Origin: an uncultured virus (IMG/VR IMGVR_UViG_3300013121_000030)
Taxonomy: Duplodnaviria > Heunggongvirae > Uroviricota > Caudoviricetes
Reading direction: 5' to 3' (one strand)
Length of the DNA stretch: 64,000 nt
IMG/VR virus record: IMGVR_UViG_3300013121_000030
Span: 64,001 to 128,000 of that record
Part shown: positions 46,212 to 55,174 of the stretch, piece after piece
How positions within the stretch are numbered: the first letter of the stretch is position 1
Layout: every line of letters starts with the position of its first letter
Translations under genes and position numbers: made by a program
The notes under the pieces: generated by a model
The model's input: only the letters and a program-made list of their open reading frames with translations
What the model was told of the DNA's origin: nothing
The model's database searches: none

Positions 46212-47102
46212 TCATGGGAGACTGATCTGGCAGCCCCTGAAGGTGTTCAGGGCTCGCTGCACGTCAGCAAATTCTACGTGGTTGTGGCCAGCCACATAGG
46301 ACTCTCCAATGGCAAGCTGGGTTAGGGAGATCAGGTCTCGGATGACGCCACCTGAAGCTTCAATCAACGCTGCGCAGCTTCCAATGGGGAGCATGTCTTC
46401 TTCGGAGCGCTGGCGGAGGATCTGCATCAAGAATGCGTTTACCTCGCCACCTGGCATCGGGTCATACGCGGGTTGAGTGATGAAATAATCAAATCCCTTC
46501 TTGAGTTCCTCAGCCGCGCCGTACATCACGGCTGGGGGCCCGACGACGACCACGGCAACATGTCCCCGGATCGCAGCCAAATCGTGGGCACATAGCCCAT
46601 TGAAGACCTCGATGGGGAGGCGATCCAGCGAATCAAGGAGCAACACGGGCCGACGCTTGAGCTGATCGACGTTTTGCCTTGGGTCCTCGGGTGAATCCGA
46701 GAACAATGACGCCAAAATGTCCAGTGCGAGGAGCGTGCCTGCTTGTGGCTCGTGTATCTGAATTTTTTGGATCAAAGTGTCGACCTGTTTGGCCAGATGA
46801 TCCTTAAGCATCCCAGGGTTGTTGAGATCGACCTGGGTGGTCGCATCGAGAAAGATCGGGATGAGATCGTCAGCGTTGCTCAATTCACGCTCAAGGACAC
46901 GGAGTTGCATCGTCTTGCCAGTGCCGCTTGGACCGGCGAGGAGGTGCGAGGACTTCGGGTGCAACTTGAGGCCGATGAGCGTTTGGTGGGCAAGCGATTG
47001 ATTACGATCTTCGACATAGAGGCCGTTCTTGAGCGCCTGTCCTGGGTCTCCCGAGGGCTCGAATCGGGCCAAGGCTTCCTTGAAGTGTTCGCGCGGCTTC
47101 AT
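46212..47102 (-). CDS. P-loop (AAA-like) ATPase
   Basis: GPSGTGKT, LLLDSLDRL, ASGGVIRDLI. Confidence 0.8.
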   Translation of the reverse strand: MKPREHFKEALARFEPSGDPGQALKNGLYVEDRNQSLAHQTLIGLKLHPKSSHLLAGPSGTGKTMQLRVLERELSNADDLIPIFLDATTQVDLNNPGMLKDHLAKQVDTLIQKIQIHEPQAGTLLALDILASLFSDSPEDPRQNVDQLKRRPVLLLDSLDRLPIEVFNGLCAHDLAAIRGHVAVVVVGPPAVMYGAAEELKKGFDYFITQPAYDPMPGGEVNAFLMQILRQRSEEDMLPIGSCAALIEASGGVIRDLISLTQLAIGESYVAGHNHVEFADVQRALNTFRGCQISLP

Positions 47103-47184
47103 GAGTTTGATACCCCCAAAAAGAAACGCGAGGTCTGGACTATCCCAGACCTCGCATTTCCCACGCTCTATTAGAGCGTGGCCT

Positions 47185-48063
47185 CTACCTATCCGACAAA
47201 ATGGTCTTGAAGTGTGGAGCTACAATGGTGGCTTGGCTCCAAGCTTCCGCGGAAGCGGAACCGAGCTTTCCTTTCCCTTCTCGGAGGAGGAAGCGATATG
47301 CGTCGTGATGATCACGGTGAAGGGTGGAGTAGCTCCTCCTCCGGTAAGTGGGGGAGAGGGCTTGGGAGAGCTGATCGTAGTAGCGTTGGAAGGGTGGGGT
47401 CGGAGGCACAACGGGATGTGAGGGTTGTGTACGAAGTGTCCGAACGCGAGTATGAGCTTCCGGAAACCAAAGCCGAAAGAGTCCCCAGCTGTCTGGGGGA
47501 ATAACAACAATTTCCGGACTTTGGCGAGTGAGGATAGATTTTGCCAAGACCTCAAGCCCGAAGGGAGGTCCTCCATAGGAATCCATCATATGGAGGACCC
47601 CTCCGGAGATTTTGGGATAGTCCCATGTCTCCCATGCATGGACAGCCATGAAATTGACAGGTTGGTGATCTTCTACTTGAAGTGCCCTTACCAAGTGGTG
47701 GGCCCGGAGACGTGCTGGTGGGCCCACATCGATGACCATGGTGGTCATCTTCTCTGGGGTTTCAGAAGCCGCCGCGAGATCATCCCACAGGGAGTCCTCG
47801 TATGCCTCTTCTGAGGCGGACGATATTTGAATAGGGCAGCGAGTAGGGGATATTGCACTGCCCTCGGCAATCTTCTGCCACTGGAAGACATGGACGACCA
47901 CTTTCCCTTCACGGGTCTGGAGAATGGTCACCTTTGTTCCACGAAAGGACTGAAGGTCGACGTTATTGGAGCCGATGATTTGGGCCTGCACTTCCAAGAA
48001 GTGCGGTGGGTCACTGTCCCTTGACTGGGGGAGTTTGTACTTTAGGAACGATGTCTGGGTCAT
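47185..48063 (-). CDS. Hypothetical protein (start uncertain)
   Basis: Long ORF; its upstream part overlaps the lipoprotein ORF in another frame. Confidence 0.45.
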   Translation of the reverse strand: MTQTSFLKYKLPQSRDSDPPHFLEVQAQIIGSNNVDLQSFRGTKVTILQTREGKVVVHVFQWQKIAEGSAISPTRCPIQISSASEEAYEDSLWDDLAAASETPEKMTTMVIDVGPPARLRAHHLVRALQVEDHQPVNFMAVHAWETWDYPKISGGVLHMMDSYGGPPFGLEVLAKSILTRQSPEIVVIPPDSWGLFRLWFPEAHTRVRTLRTQPSHPVVPPTPPFQRYYDQLSQALSPTYRRRSYSTLHRDHHDAYRFLLREGKGKLGSASAEAWSQATIVAPHFKTILSDR

Positions 48064-48241
48064 GTTTGGAGCCTGGATCTGATGTGGTAGTGGAGGTGGT
48101 TCCTTGAGGAGGAGACTTCTCAGGACGGTCACTCTTATGGGTCGGGGGGCCCGAGTCTGCACTCTCAGTGTCATCCCCACGGGGACAACCGAAAAGAGCC
48201 ACGAAGAGCACCAAGAACACAGTTTTCTGTGGATTCTGCAT
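48011..48241 (-). CDS. Small lipoprotein
   Basis: Hydrophobic core, lipobox LFGC and S/T/P-rich tail. Confidence 0.55.
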   Translation of the reverse strand: MQNPQKTVFLVLFVALFGCPRGDDTESADSGPPTHKSDRPEKSPPQGTTSTTTSDPGSKHDPDIVPKVQTPPVKGQ

Positions 48242-48533
48242 GCCCTGGAAGGCTTATACTCTCCCAATCGAGCGCGGGTCGCGTCCCCAAGGTGTATCTT
48301 GGGGGATTCGGTGCTACTCTCAAGGGTTGCCTCAAGGAAGAGGCTCAAGGAGCTTCTTCCAATGAGCCTTCAGCAGTTCCAACAACTCCAAAACATCCTG
48401 GGACACCGCATGTCCCCCATCCAAATCGCCACTATGACCCCTGAGGAGGCCGTCGCCTTCCTCCTGAAGCCCCAGTTCACCATCCCACCCCTCCTGCGGA
48501 GTTTCCGCACATCCTGTCCGACACAGACTGGCG

Positions 48534-48561
48534 TGTAACAAGGGGCTCTGTGTGTTACTCT
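48534..48561 (+). promoter_or_regulatory. Phage promoter TGTAAC-N16-TACTCT
   Basis: Motif family member upstream of HNH gene. Confidence 0.7.
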
Positions 48562-48579
48562 CCGGGAGAGGAGGAAGAG

Positions 48580-49047
48580 ATGGATAAGTCACAGATCTAC
48601 GACTCAAAGCCAGAGTCCCCCACTCGGGACCCGGCGTTCTACCTGGAGAGGCACAAGCGCCGCCAGGGACGTGGTGGTCCGGGTGGGGGGAAGATGGAGC
48701 GCTTTGCGCGAATCGCAGCCCACGTACCTGTCTCTGTGGCTCAGGTGGTCCAGGGGGATATCCCGGATTATGTCGTCAACGAGTACCACTGGATGAACCG
48801 TGTCCATGGGGCTGTGAGTCCGGCAAGCACTGCCGGGATCATTCTGTGTGTGTATTGCAACCGAAACCTTCGGGAGTTTCGGCCTGACGATCGCACAGAG
48901 GACCACGTCCACCCACGATTCTTGGGGGGCGCGGACTTGGGCAGGGACAACCTGGTGCCAGCCTGCGGCCCATGCAACCGGGCCAAGGCAAATCACCCAC
49001 TTCTCATGTTCCTTGCACGTCGTCGTGAGGGGAAGCCCTCTCAATGA
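48580..49047 (+). CDS. HNH endonuclease
   Basis: CVYC...TEDHVHPRFLGG....DNLVPACGPCNRAK; SD GAGGAG. Confidence 0.88.
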   Translation: MDKSQIYDSKPESPTRDPAFYLERHKRRQGRGGPGGGKMERFARIAAHVPVSVAQVVQGDIPDYVVNEYHWMNRVHGAVSPASTAGIILCVYCNRNLREFRPDDRTEDHVHPRFLGGADLGRDNLVPACGPCNRAKANHPLLMFLARRREGKPSQ

Positions 49048-49122
49048 CCCAGTGAATTAACAACCTGGACTCCCAAAAGGGTCCAGAGAGGGAAGGGAGA
49101 GGTTCATCTTTCTCCCTTCCCT

Positions 49123-49476
49123 CTACTTGGTCTGGAAGCGTCTCTTGAAGAGATAGTAGTTCCAGTATTTGAGGAGAGAGTTGTAGGCCTTTTGGGAAAC
49201 CTCCATCCCTTTTGGATCGGCGATCGATTTGTAATGATCGTGCTTTTTGGTCCATTCCTCCATCAAGTCCCGGACCTTCTCTCGGTACTTGGTGAAGTCT
49301 TGAGAAGAGAGGTTCTGGATGTCAATCCCGCCCAAGACCTGGGGCTTGATCAGCTTCTCCAGAGTCGCTCGTTGATCCCGATACGCCAAGGGATCCCCCC
49401 CTTGTTGAGGCATGAGATAGTAGAGATTAGGTTTTGCCGAGAACTTCAGCATTTTGTCACGAAAGGAGCTGCTCAT
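49123..49476 (-). CDS. Hypothetical protein
   Basis: Coupled to the peptidase gene. Confidence 0.5.
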   Translation of the reverse strand: MSSSFRDKMLKFSAKPNLYYLMPQQGGDPLAYRDQRATLEKLIKPQVLGGIDIQNLSSQDFTKYREKVRDLMEEWTKKHDHYKSIADPKGMEVSQKAYNSLLKYWNYYLFKRRFQTK

Positions 49477-50309
49477 TTTTTCTTCTCCAGGATGGGCAGA
49501 ACTGTGGCTTGAAAGAATGGCTCCCTCTCTACTACCTTGTAGAAATCAGTGGGCGCCTTTGACGTGTCGTTGGGCAGGGGGCCATGATGGATCAGAAAGA
49601 TCTCGTCCAGTTGTGTCAACCCAGTCCTCACCAACCATCCAAACCCAATCTTCTCGTTGGAAGGGAACACCCGCAACATCTTGTGGACAACCGCAGCGCT
49701 CACCAGGAGCCCAGCGTCGGTCTCCACGATCTTCTCGGGTCCCTTGGACGGAGGTGGGGGCAGGAGTCCAGTGGCAAACCGCTGGAGGCCATTGGAAGTG
49801 ATCTCCCGCTCAATAGCACATGCGGGTCGGCGCACGAGATATCGTGGCCACTTCTCATACCATTTTTTGTAAAAGTCATCCTTGGAGACCACACGAACAG
49901 TCTCTTCGGGGTCGGGGATGTTGGGATCCGCAACGTAGACATTCAGTTGATCATCCACGTCAAAGACAACGCTCGCATGAGACCACTCCCGACCCTCAGG
50001 ATTCCAGGCGATGATGACTGGGACTCCGCGGTCTGTCCACTCTTTGAGCTGACGGACTGTGGAGGGACACACCAGTGTCGCTCTCATCCCATAATGTTGG
50101 GCACAAGCCAGTACATTCTCCCAGCTCGCCCCTCGCATGGGCTGAGCACCCAACACCTCATTGACCTGATCCTCGTCACACTTCACCCCAAGTGCTTGGA
50201 GGCACATCATGGTCGAGCAGGCGACGCATGAGTATTGCGTCCTCTGCCGCACTGGGACCACATCCGCTTTTGCCGTACGATTTGTCATGGACATTGTTGT
50301 CCATGACAT
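49473..50309 (-). CDS. C39-family cysteine peptidase
   Basis: QRTQYSCVAC (Q/C), SHASVV (H), YVADP (D). Confidence 0.85.
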   Translation of the reverse strand: MSWTTMSMTNRTAKADVVPVRQRTQYSCVACSTMMCLQALGVKCDEDQVNEVLGAQPMRGASWENVLACAQHYGMRATLVCPSTVRQLKEWTDRGVPVIIAWNPEGREWSHASVVFDVDDQLNVYVADPNIPDPEETVRVVSKDDFYKKWYEKWPRYLVRRPACAIEREITSNGLQRFATGLLPPPPSKGPEKIVETDAGLLVSAAVVHKMLRVFPSNEKIGFGWLVRTGLTQLDEIFLIHHGPLPNDTSKAPTDFYKVVEREPFFQATVLPILEKKK

Positions 50310-50510
50310 AGGGAATTCAATGGAGAGGATGGGAAGGCAACCCAGCCGCACCGGATCCCATCAGCTCTTCCAAGATATCCTGAACTCCACGCCAGTACCC
50401 ACACCCGAAATCATGGGTGTCTCCTTCAAAGGAACGCTCAGATCGCATAAATCGATCCTCAAGGCGTTTTTGGAGCAACGCATCTTCCAAAGACTTACGG
50501 GATGGGGCAT

Positions 50511-50894
50511 TCATGGGATATTCTCTGAATGTTGGCGGAGGAAGGCTTCGCAAGTGCCTTGGACAATCCTCGTGAGGACTTCCTTCTGGAGTTTGGAGAG
50601 AACTCCTTCAACAGCAGATTGAACCTTCTCTTCGTCCAGAATACCCGAATGCTCGGAAGCGTACAAAATTGTTTGGAGGAGGGCCTCTTGACGGAGAGCC
50701 TCCATCAAGAGGCCCATGGAGGCTTCCTCCATTCCCATGCTATCCCCCAATCCCTGAACGACCTGAAGGTCTTCAGGGCCTTGGAGGCGTCGCATCGAGT
50801 GGACAGACCCATCGTGGTCTTTGCGGACCCACACCTCCATCACAAACACAGAGTGATCTGGGTGATCACCCTTTTTCCACTGAGACGCAGACAC
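50511..50894 (-). CDS. Hypothetical protein
   Basis: 127-aa ORF in the minus-strand gene string. Confidence 0.5.
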   Translation of the reverse strand: MSASQWKKGDHPDHSVFVMEVWVRKDHDGSVHSMRRLQGPEDLQVVQGLGDSMGMEEASMGLLMEALRQEALLQTILYASEHSGILDEEKVQSAVEGVLSKLQKEVLTRIVQGTCEAFLRQHSENIP

Positions 50895-51368
50895 TCAGCG
50901 CTCCTCACTTCTCCACGACTTCCCCTCAACATGATCACGGAGGGAGGCGCAGAAGGCACCTGGATCGTCCACCTTGCCGTCCATCTTTCGCATACATGCA
51001 GTCACTTTGTGCTTTGCGTCTCCTGAGAGAGAGTCCCAAAACTTCTTGACAGATTGCTCTGTCCATCCTTTGGGGAGTGAGGTCCAGGCTGCCTTTTTCT
51101 TCAGGCCCAAGATCGATGCGACTTTGGATCGATACTTCGGGTGTTTGATGGCAACCCGGGCCAGGGCTCTGACAAGATGCTTTTCTGAGATTGCAGACGC
51201 CTTCTTGGGGGCGATCTCCTCAATCCGTCCGTCGTACTTCTCCCACTCCTCTGCCGCATCCGGATTTCCATGGTCGCGGAGATACTCCGCGACATCAACC
51301 TTCTCCCCTTCAGAGAATTTGGCTTCGGGGTTGTGGGATGCTGTGTGGGACTTCTTCTGCATTACCAT
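50895..51368 (-). CDS. Hypothetical protein, probable virion/head-associated
   Basis: KKASA and KKKAA motifs, DDPGAFCA motif; SD GAGGAG. Confidence 0.55.
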   Translation of the reverse strand: MVMQKKSHTASHNPEAKFSEGEKVDVAEYLRDHGNPDAAEEWEKYDGRIEEIAPKKASAISEKHLVRALARVAIKHPKYRSKVASILGLKKKAAWTSLPKGWTEQSVKKFWDSLSGDAKHKVTACMRKMDGKVDDPGAFCASLRDHVEGKSWRSEER

Positions 51369-51401
51369 GTGGTTCTCCTCTGAGAGGAGTCCTGGGATAG
51401 G

Positions 51402-53432
51402 TTACCTATTCCGAGAAGGCGCACACATGATGTCACGAAGAAGTTTGACCATGGGGACAGGCAAATCCTGGGCCCTGGGCACGACCACCACATCGTGGAA
51501 AAGAGTCTCCACCCCAGTCATATAGTCTCCAATCCCCACACCAATGATCCTGATGTGGTTTTCTTCGGCGACCCTGATGAGGTGACGTATCACTTTCACA
51601 TCGTTGTGGTTGGGGAGACCATCGGTGATGACTACCAGGAATCTGTGGGATTCCTGTCTCTGCAAGATCTGCAGCAAGCCAAAGTAAATGCCGTCCGCGA
51701 GAGGAGTCCCTCCTCCCCCTGTTTTGTAGTTCCCCAAGGAGTCCAAGCATCCCCGTACAGTCTGCTCCCAAGTTTTGTAGATCCTGTAGAGAACCGCATA
51801 ATTGCGATGGTGATCGCGTGTAGCTCCATGCGAATAAGGAGCCTTGTCCTGGATCCCAACCACAAGGGATTTGCCTCCGATGGACTCCAAAGGCTCAATG
51901 AAAGCCAGAGTCCCCCCCACAGTCCCCTCCAGGGACCCGTCCATGGAAGGGGACTCATCCAAAACAATGACTGCAGCTGCTGAAATGTCGCGGCCCTCTG
52001 TAACCTCAAAGAATGCGGACGTTGGAGCCTCCCCCATCCAGAGGGCCGCCCCAGTTTCCGCAATACGAAGTGGAGACAACATGGGTCCTTGGCGCAACCC
52101 ATGGTGCTCTTCGACATGCCATTGTTGAGCGAGCAAAATGTTTCGGAGCTGAGCCCTCGCATATCCAATCGTCTGCATGATTGAACGGTGGATAGGTTGG
52201 GCCACCCCCTGTCTCGGGCGCACAGAGACAGTCGTGTCGTTAGCGACACTGACCGGATTCCACATCATCTCCCCAGCCACAGGGGTCACACGCATGACCT
52301 CTGGGCGATGGCTGCGGCTGCGGTTTGACGCAGGACCAGAGGTCACAGGATTGGTGTCGTTGAGGCTCCCATAGGCCTCCTTCCCAAGGACCATTTTATC
52401 GACCAGGTTTTTGTCGAGGACCTTGAGAAGGTCCTCTAAGGTCCCACCACCACCTTTTTTGTCTTTCTTGCCCGAGTTTAAAGTCAGGATTGCCTGGATC
52501 ATCTCTTCCAGAAAGGTCTCAGCTTCCTTTTTCTTCTGGATCTTTTCCAGAAGAGCCTTTTCAGCCTCCTCGTACTCTGGGAGGGCTTGGACGGCCTCCA
52601 CGACTTCCAGCGAAGCCCACATAGCAGCCATATCTTGGTAAGCTTGGTTGCGGAGGCGAGTGAGGATTTTCTTCACCTCCCCCTCAAAAAGAGGGATCAG
52701 AGTTGGGAACTCCCGATGTATCTCTCCTCTGGTTAGTCTTGTGGTTTGGGTTGGGTAGTCAAATCCTTCCACATGGAGAAAGATTTCGACAGCCTCCAGA
52801 AGGCCAAAGTTTCCCGTAATCTCCGGCTTGAGGCGATTATTCAGGATCCAGTCATGGATGTCATGGAGGGACTGGCGTGTTCCCGGAAAGCTTTCCCCCC
52901 CGAGGATCTCGATTCTCACGTCCTCCAGAATCCCCAAAATCGAACTCAGGAGTCCTGCCGAAACCTCGTTGTGGCGGATCCTCGACTCGACTGCACGAGA
53001 ATAATCCTCAATGTCCTGCCACTCCAAGGTCTCGCGTGGAGTGTACATGGTGTGGAAAGCCTCATGGTTACACCCACCCAAAAACGCGACCCCCAAGGAG
53101 GTATCGTTGTCGGCAATTGGGGCGACGACAATCCTGGGGGTTTTTGTCTTGAGGGAAAAATCAATGGCCTTCTGGAGGGAAGTGTGGAGAGTCCCCCAAG
53201 AGACTGGGATTTGCTCCGTTTCTGAAAGATTCAGATTGGTTTTCCCCACCATGAGCTGGGTGAGGATCCCCAGGAGGAGAAGAGTGCCCCAGGTGTCTAC
53301 ATTGTAGAACGACGTTCCCTCCTCCAGAACCACTGGACGGTGGATCTTCTTCGTCCCAAGGATCGAGGTAACCGCATGCTGCGCAAGTGCGTAGAAGCGT
53401 GTTCCTGGGGCGATGTAGGAGGAAACGAGCAT
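51402..53432 (-). CDS. CobT-like vWA protein with N-terminal HExxH segment
   Basis: NHEAFH...ILEDVRIE; C-terminal LDESPSM, GTPL, ITDGLPN, IGVGIG. Confidence 0.8.
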   Translation of the reverse strand: MLVSSYIAPGTRFYALAQHAVTSILGTKKIHRPVVLEEGTSFYNVDTWGTLLLLGILTQLMVGKTNLNLSETEQIPVSWGTLHTSLQKAIDFSLKTKTPRIVVAPIADNDTSLGVAFLGGCNHEAFHTMYTPRETLEWQDIEDYSRAVESRIRHNEVSAGLLSSILGILEDVRIEILGGESFPGTRQSLHDIHDWILNNRLKPEITGNFGLLEAVEIFLHVEGFDYPTQTTRLTRGEIHREFPTLIPLFEGEVKKILTRLRNQAYQDMAAMWASLEVVEAVQALPEYEEAEKALLEKIQKKKEAETFLEEMIQAILTLNSGKKDKKGGGGTLEDLLKVLDKNLVDKMVLGKEAYGSLNDTNPVTSGPASNRSRSHRPEVMRVTPVAGEMMWNPVSVANDTTVSVRPRQGVAQPIHRSIMQTIGYARAQLRNILLAQQWHVEEHHGLRQGPMLSPLRIAETGAALWMGEAPTSAFFEVTEGRDISAAAVIVLDESPSMDGSLEGTVGGTLAFIEPLESIGGKSLVVGIQDKAPYSHGATRDHHRNYAVLYRIYKTWEQTVRGCLDSLGNYKTGGGGTPLADGIYFGLLQILQRQESHRFLVVITDGLPNHNDVKVIRHLIRVAEENHIRIIGVGIGDYMTGVETLFHDVVVVPRAQDLPVPMVKLLRDIMCAPSRNR

Positions 53433-53447
53433 GGTGGAGATACCCGA

Positions 53448-54134
53448 TCACACCCTGATCGCAGGCGGGGGACAGAACGTAGTCTCACGCCACCAGCCAT
53501 CCCGAATCAATGCCTCCCTGGTGTCGTACCTCCAGTGGAAGCGGGCACATGAGAGGGACCTGTTGAACATTGTGGTGCTCATTGGGTTCGGAATCGCGCG
53601 CCCGAATCCCGTCCCAACAGAGCAGGTGATGGAACGATCCAGATCCAGGTAATCCCCCGGTCCGGAACCTGCCATGGGATAGGTACGGAGAGGATCCGGA
53701 AGCCCGGGGATCCACCTCTGCGGCGAATACTTCTTCCAATCTGGGGGATCCTTCTTCTTCGGAATGGATTCCTCGAAGACCCGAAGATCAATCTCACCAA
53801 CGTGTCCTGGAATGCCCCTTTGGGAGGCATAGCTCAGCGAGACATCCACGAACTTGAAGGCCGCGACAGTGTCCTTGTCCTCCCTCCATCCTCGGATCTG
53901 GATGGAGTGTAGGGGACGAACCACATAGCCGGCGTCCGCATCGGACGACGCCTTGCCAGAGATGACATCCACACCATCAACAGAAAGAATGGCCTCGATG
54001 GAACGATCCAAAAATGGGTTGCGGATGGTGATGTACCACTCACTCCCAATTTTTGAAATGAGTGAGTTATTCTGTCTGGGGATCTTCTTACCATCCCCAT
54101 AAAAAAAGGAAACGTTTTCGGCGAGGTTTGGCAT
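53448..54134 (-). CDS. Conserved hypothetical protein
   Basis: SVDGVDVISG..GYVV...IRGWR...AAFKF...SYA..G.I...VFEE pattern. Confidence 0.65.
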   Translation of the reverse strand: MPNLAENVSFFYGDGKKIPRQNNSLISKIGSEWYITIRNPFLDRSIEAILSVDGVDVISGKASSDADAGYVVRPLHSIQIRGWREDKDTVAAFKFVDVSLSYASQRGIPGHVGEIDLRVFEESIPKKKDPPDWKKYSPQRWIPGLPDPLRTYPMAGSGPGDYLDLDRSITCSVGTGFGRAIPNPMSTTMFNRSLSCARFHWRYDTREALIRDGWWRETTFCPPPAIRV

Positions 54135-54175
54135 GGTGACTGATACCCATTCTATCAGTCCACTCCAGATAGATT

Positions 54176-55174
54176 ATGCGACGGCACGCCTTTCAGACCA
54201 AACTCTCGCTCTTCCACCTCCTGAGCCGGTTCAAGTCGATTGACGAAATCATTCGAGCCTCAGCGCTGGAGGGATATCTAGGTATCCCCCCCAACTCTAT
54301 CATCAACCGTGGGTGGAAGGACCTCCCACTGGAGATTGATGGAGTCAACCCCAACATGTTGACCCCAGGCCCCAGTGGAGTTGAGAGAAGCCTCAGAATT
54401 GCCATTGCCCAACTCCTCCGCAAGTATTACCCAAAGGTCTCGGGCGATAATTTGGAGTCCTACCTGCCCGACTTCAGCCTCGCCAACATGCTCTATCGAA
54501 AGGAAGGAAAGCCACTTCCGTACAAAGTTGGGGAGTGGGCCAAAAGAGAAATCCCACTCTTTACGGTTGGCCATCTCGTCCAAGCGCTGAAGAAATACAT
54601 CCTCAAATCTCCAGGCATGGTCTCCAATAGTTGGCGTGCTCTCGTGGAGAAACGTCACCCCACGTCTCAGCCATTCTTGCAGGAGAATCCCTCTCGGGAG
54701 CAAGAGGATGAGCGCGACGAATCGGTGGACTTCGAGAAGACGGTGCGGACCAAAGGCTTGACTCGCTACGAAGAGAAAGTAGCTCCTCCGGTCCTAAACC
54801 GCCTCCATACGATCATCGAGCGCAACCCCGCCTTGGGAGGAGAAATCCGGGAATACATTAAGAGCCACCCACCAAAAGCTCTGTATCCCAAGGAAAAGAA
54901 CATCTGGATCCGTGCCATGATTGGGATCTTGCTGGAAGGTGAGACCCTCAGTGAAATCCGATCACAGTTCCAGCAGGAAGGCATCAGTGCTCAGCAGTTG
55001 AGCAATCTAATCTCAGCATCTAAGCTCGTGGGATTCGCCTCGAATCCCGAGTTTTTGGATGGGCTCCAAAAAATCTTGGGGGCTGGAGCAGAGTCTCTCG
55101 GTGTGGGCTACTCCAGGTTAGCCCGCAAACGCTCTAGGAATCCAGAGCGTCAATCACCTCTCCGTCGTGCATGA
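54176..55174 (+). CDS. Hypothetical protein with possible C-terminal HTH
   Basis: 332 aa; GETLSEIR...ISAQQLSNLI. Confidence 0.5.
   Translation: MRRHAFQTKLSLFHLLSRFKSIDEIIRASALEGYLGIPPNSIINRGWKDLPLEIDGVNPNMLTPGPSGVERSLRIAIAQLLRKYYPKVSGDNLESYLPDFSLANMLYRKEGKPLPYKVGEWAKREIPLFTVGHLVQALKKYILKSPGMVSNSWRALVEKRHPTSQPFLQENPSREQEDERDESVDFEKTVRTKGLTRYEEKVAPPVLNRLHTIIERNPALGGEIREYIKSHPPKALYPKEKNIWIRAMIGILLEGETLSEIRSQFQQEGISAQQLSNLISASKLVGFASNPEFLDGLQKILGAGAESLGVGYSRLARKRSRNPERQSPLRRA

Noticed and set aside
10563-48561. Repeated GTTACA...TAGCAC elements as integron attC sites or dispersed CRISPR repeats
   Set aside because: No internal palindrome or GTTRRRY core; fixed 16-bp variable spacer, orientation matching the downstream gene and fixed distance to starts indicate promoters
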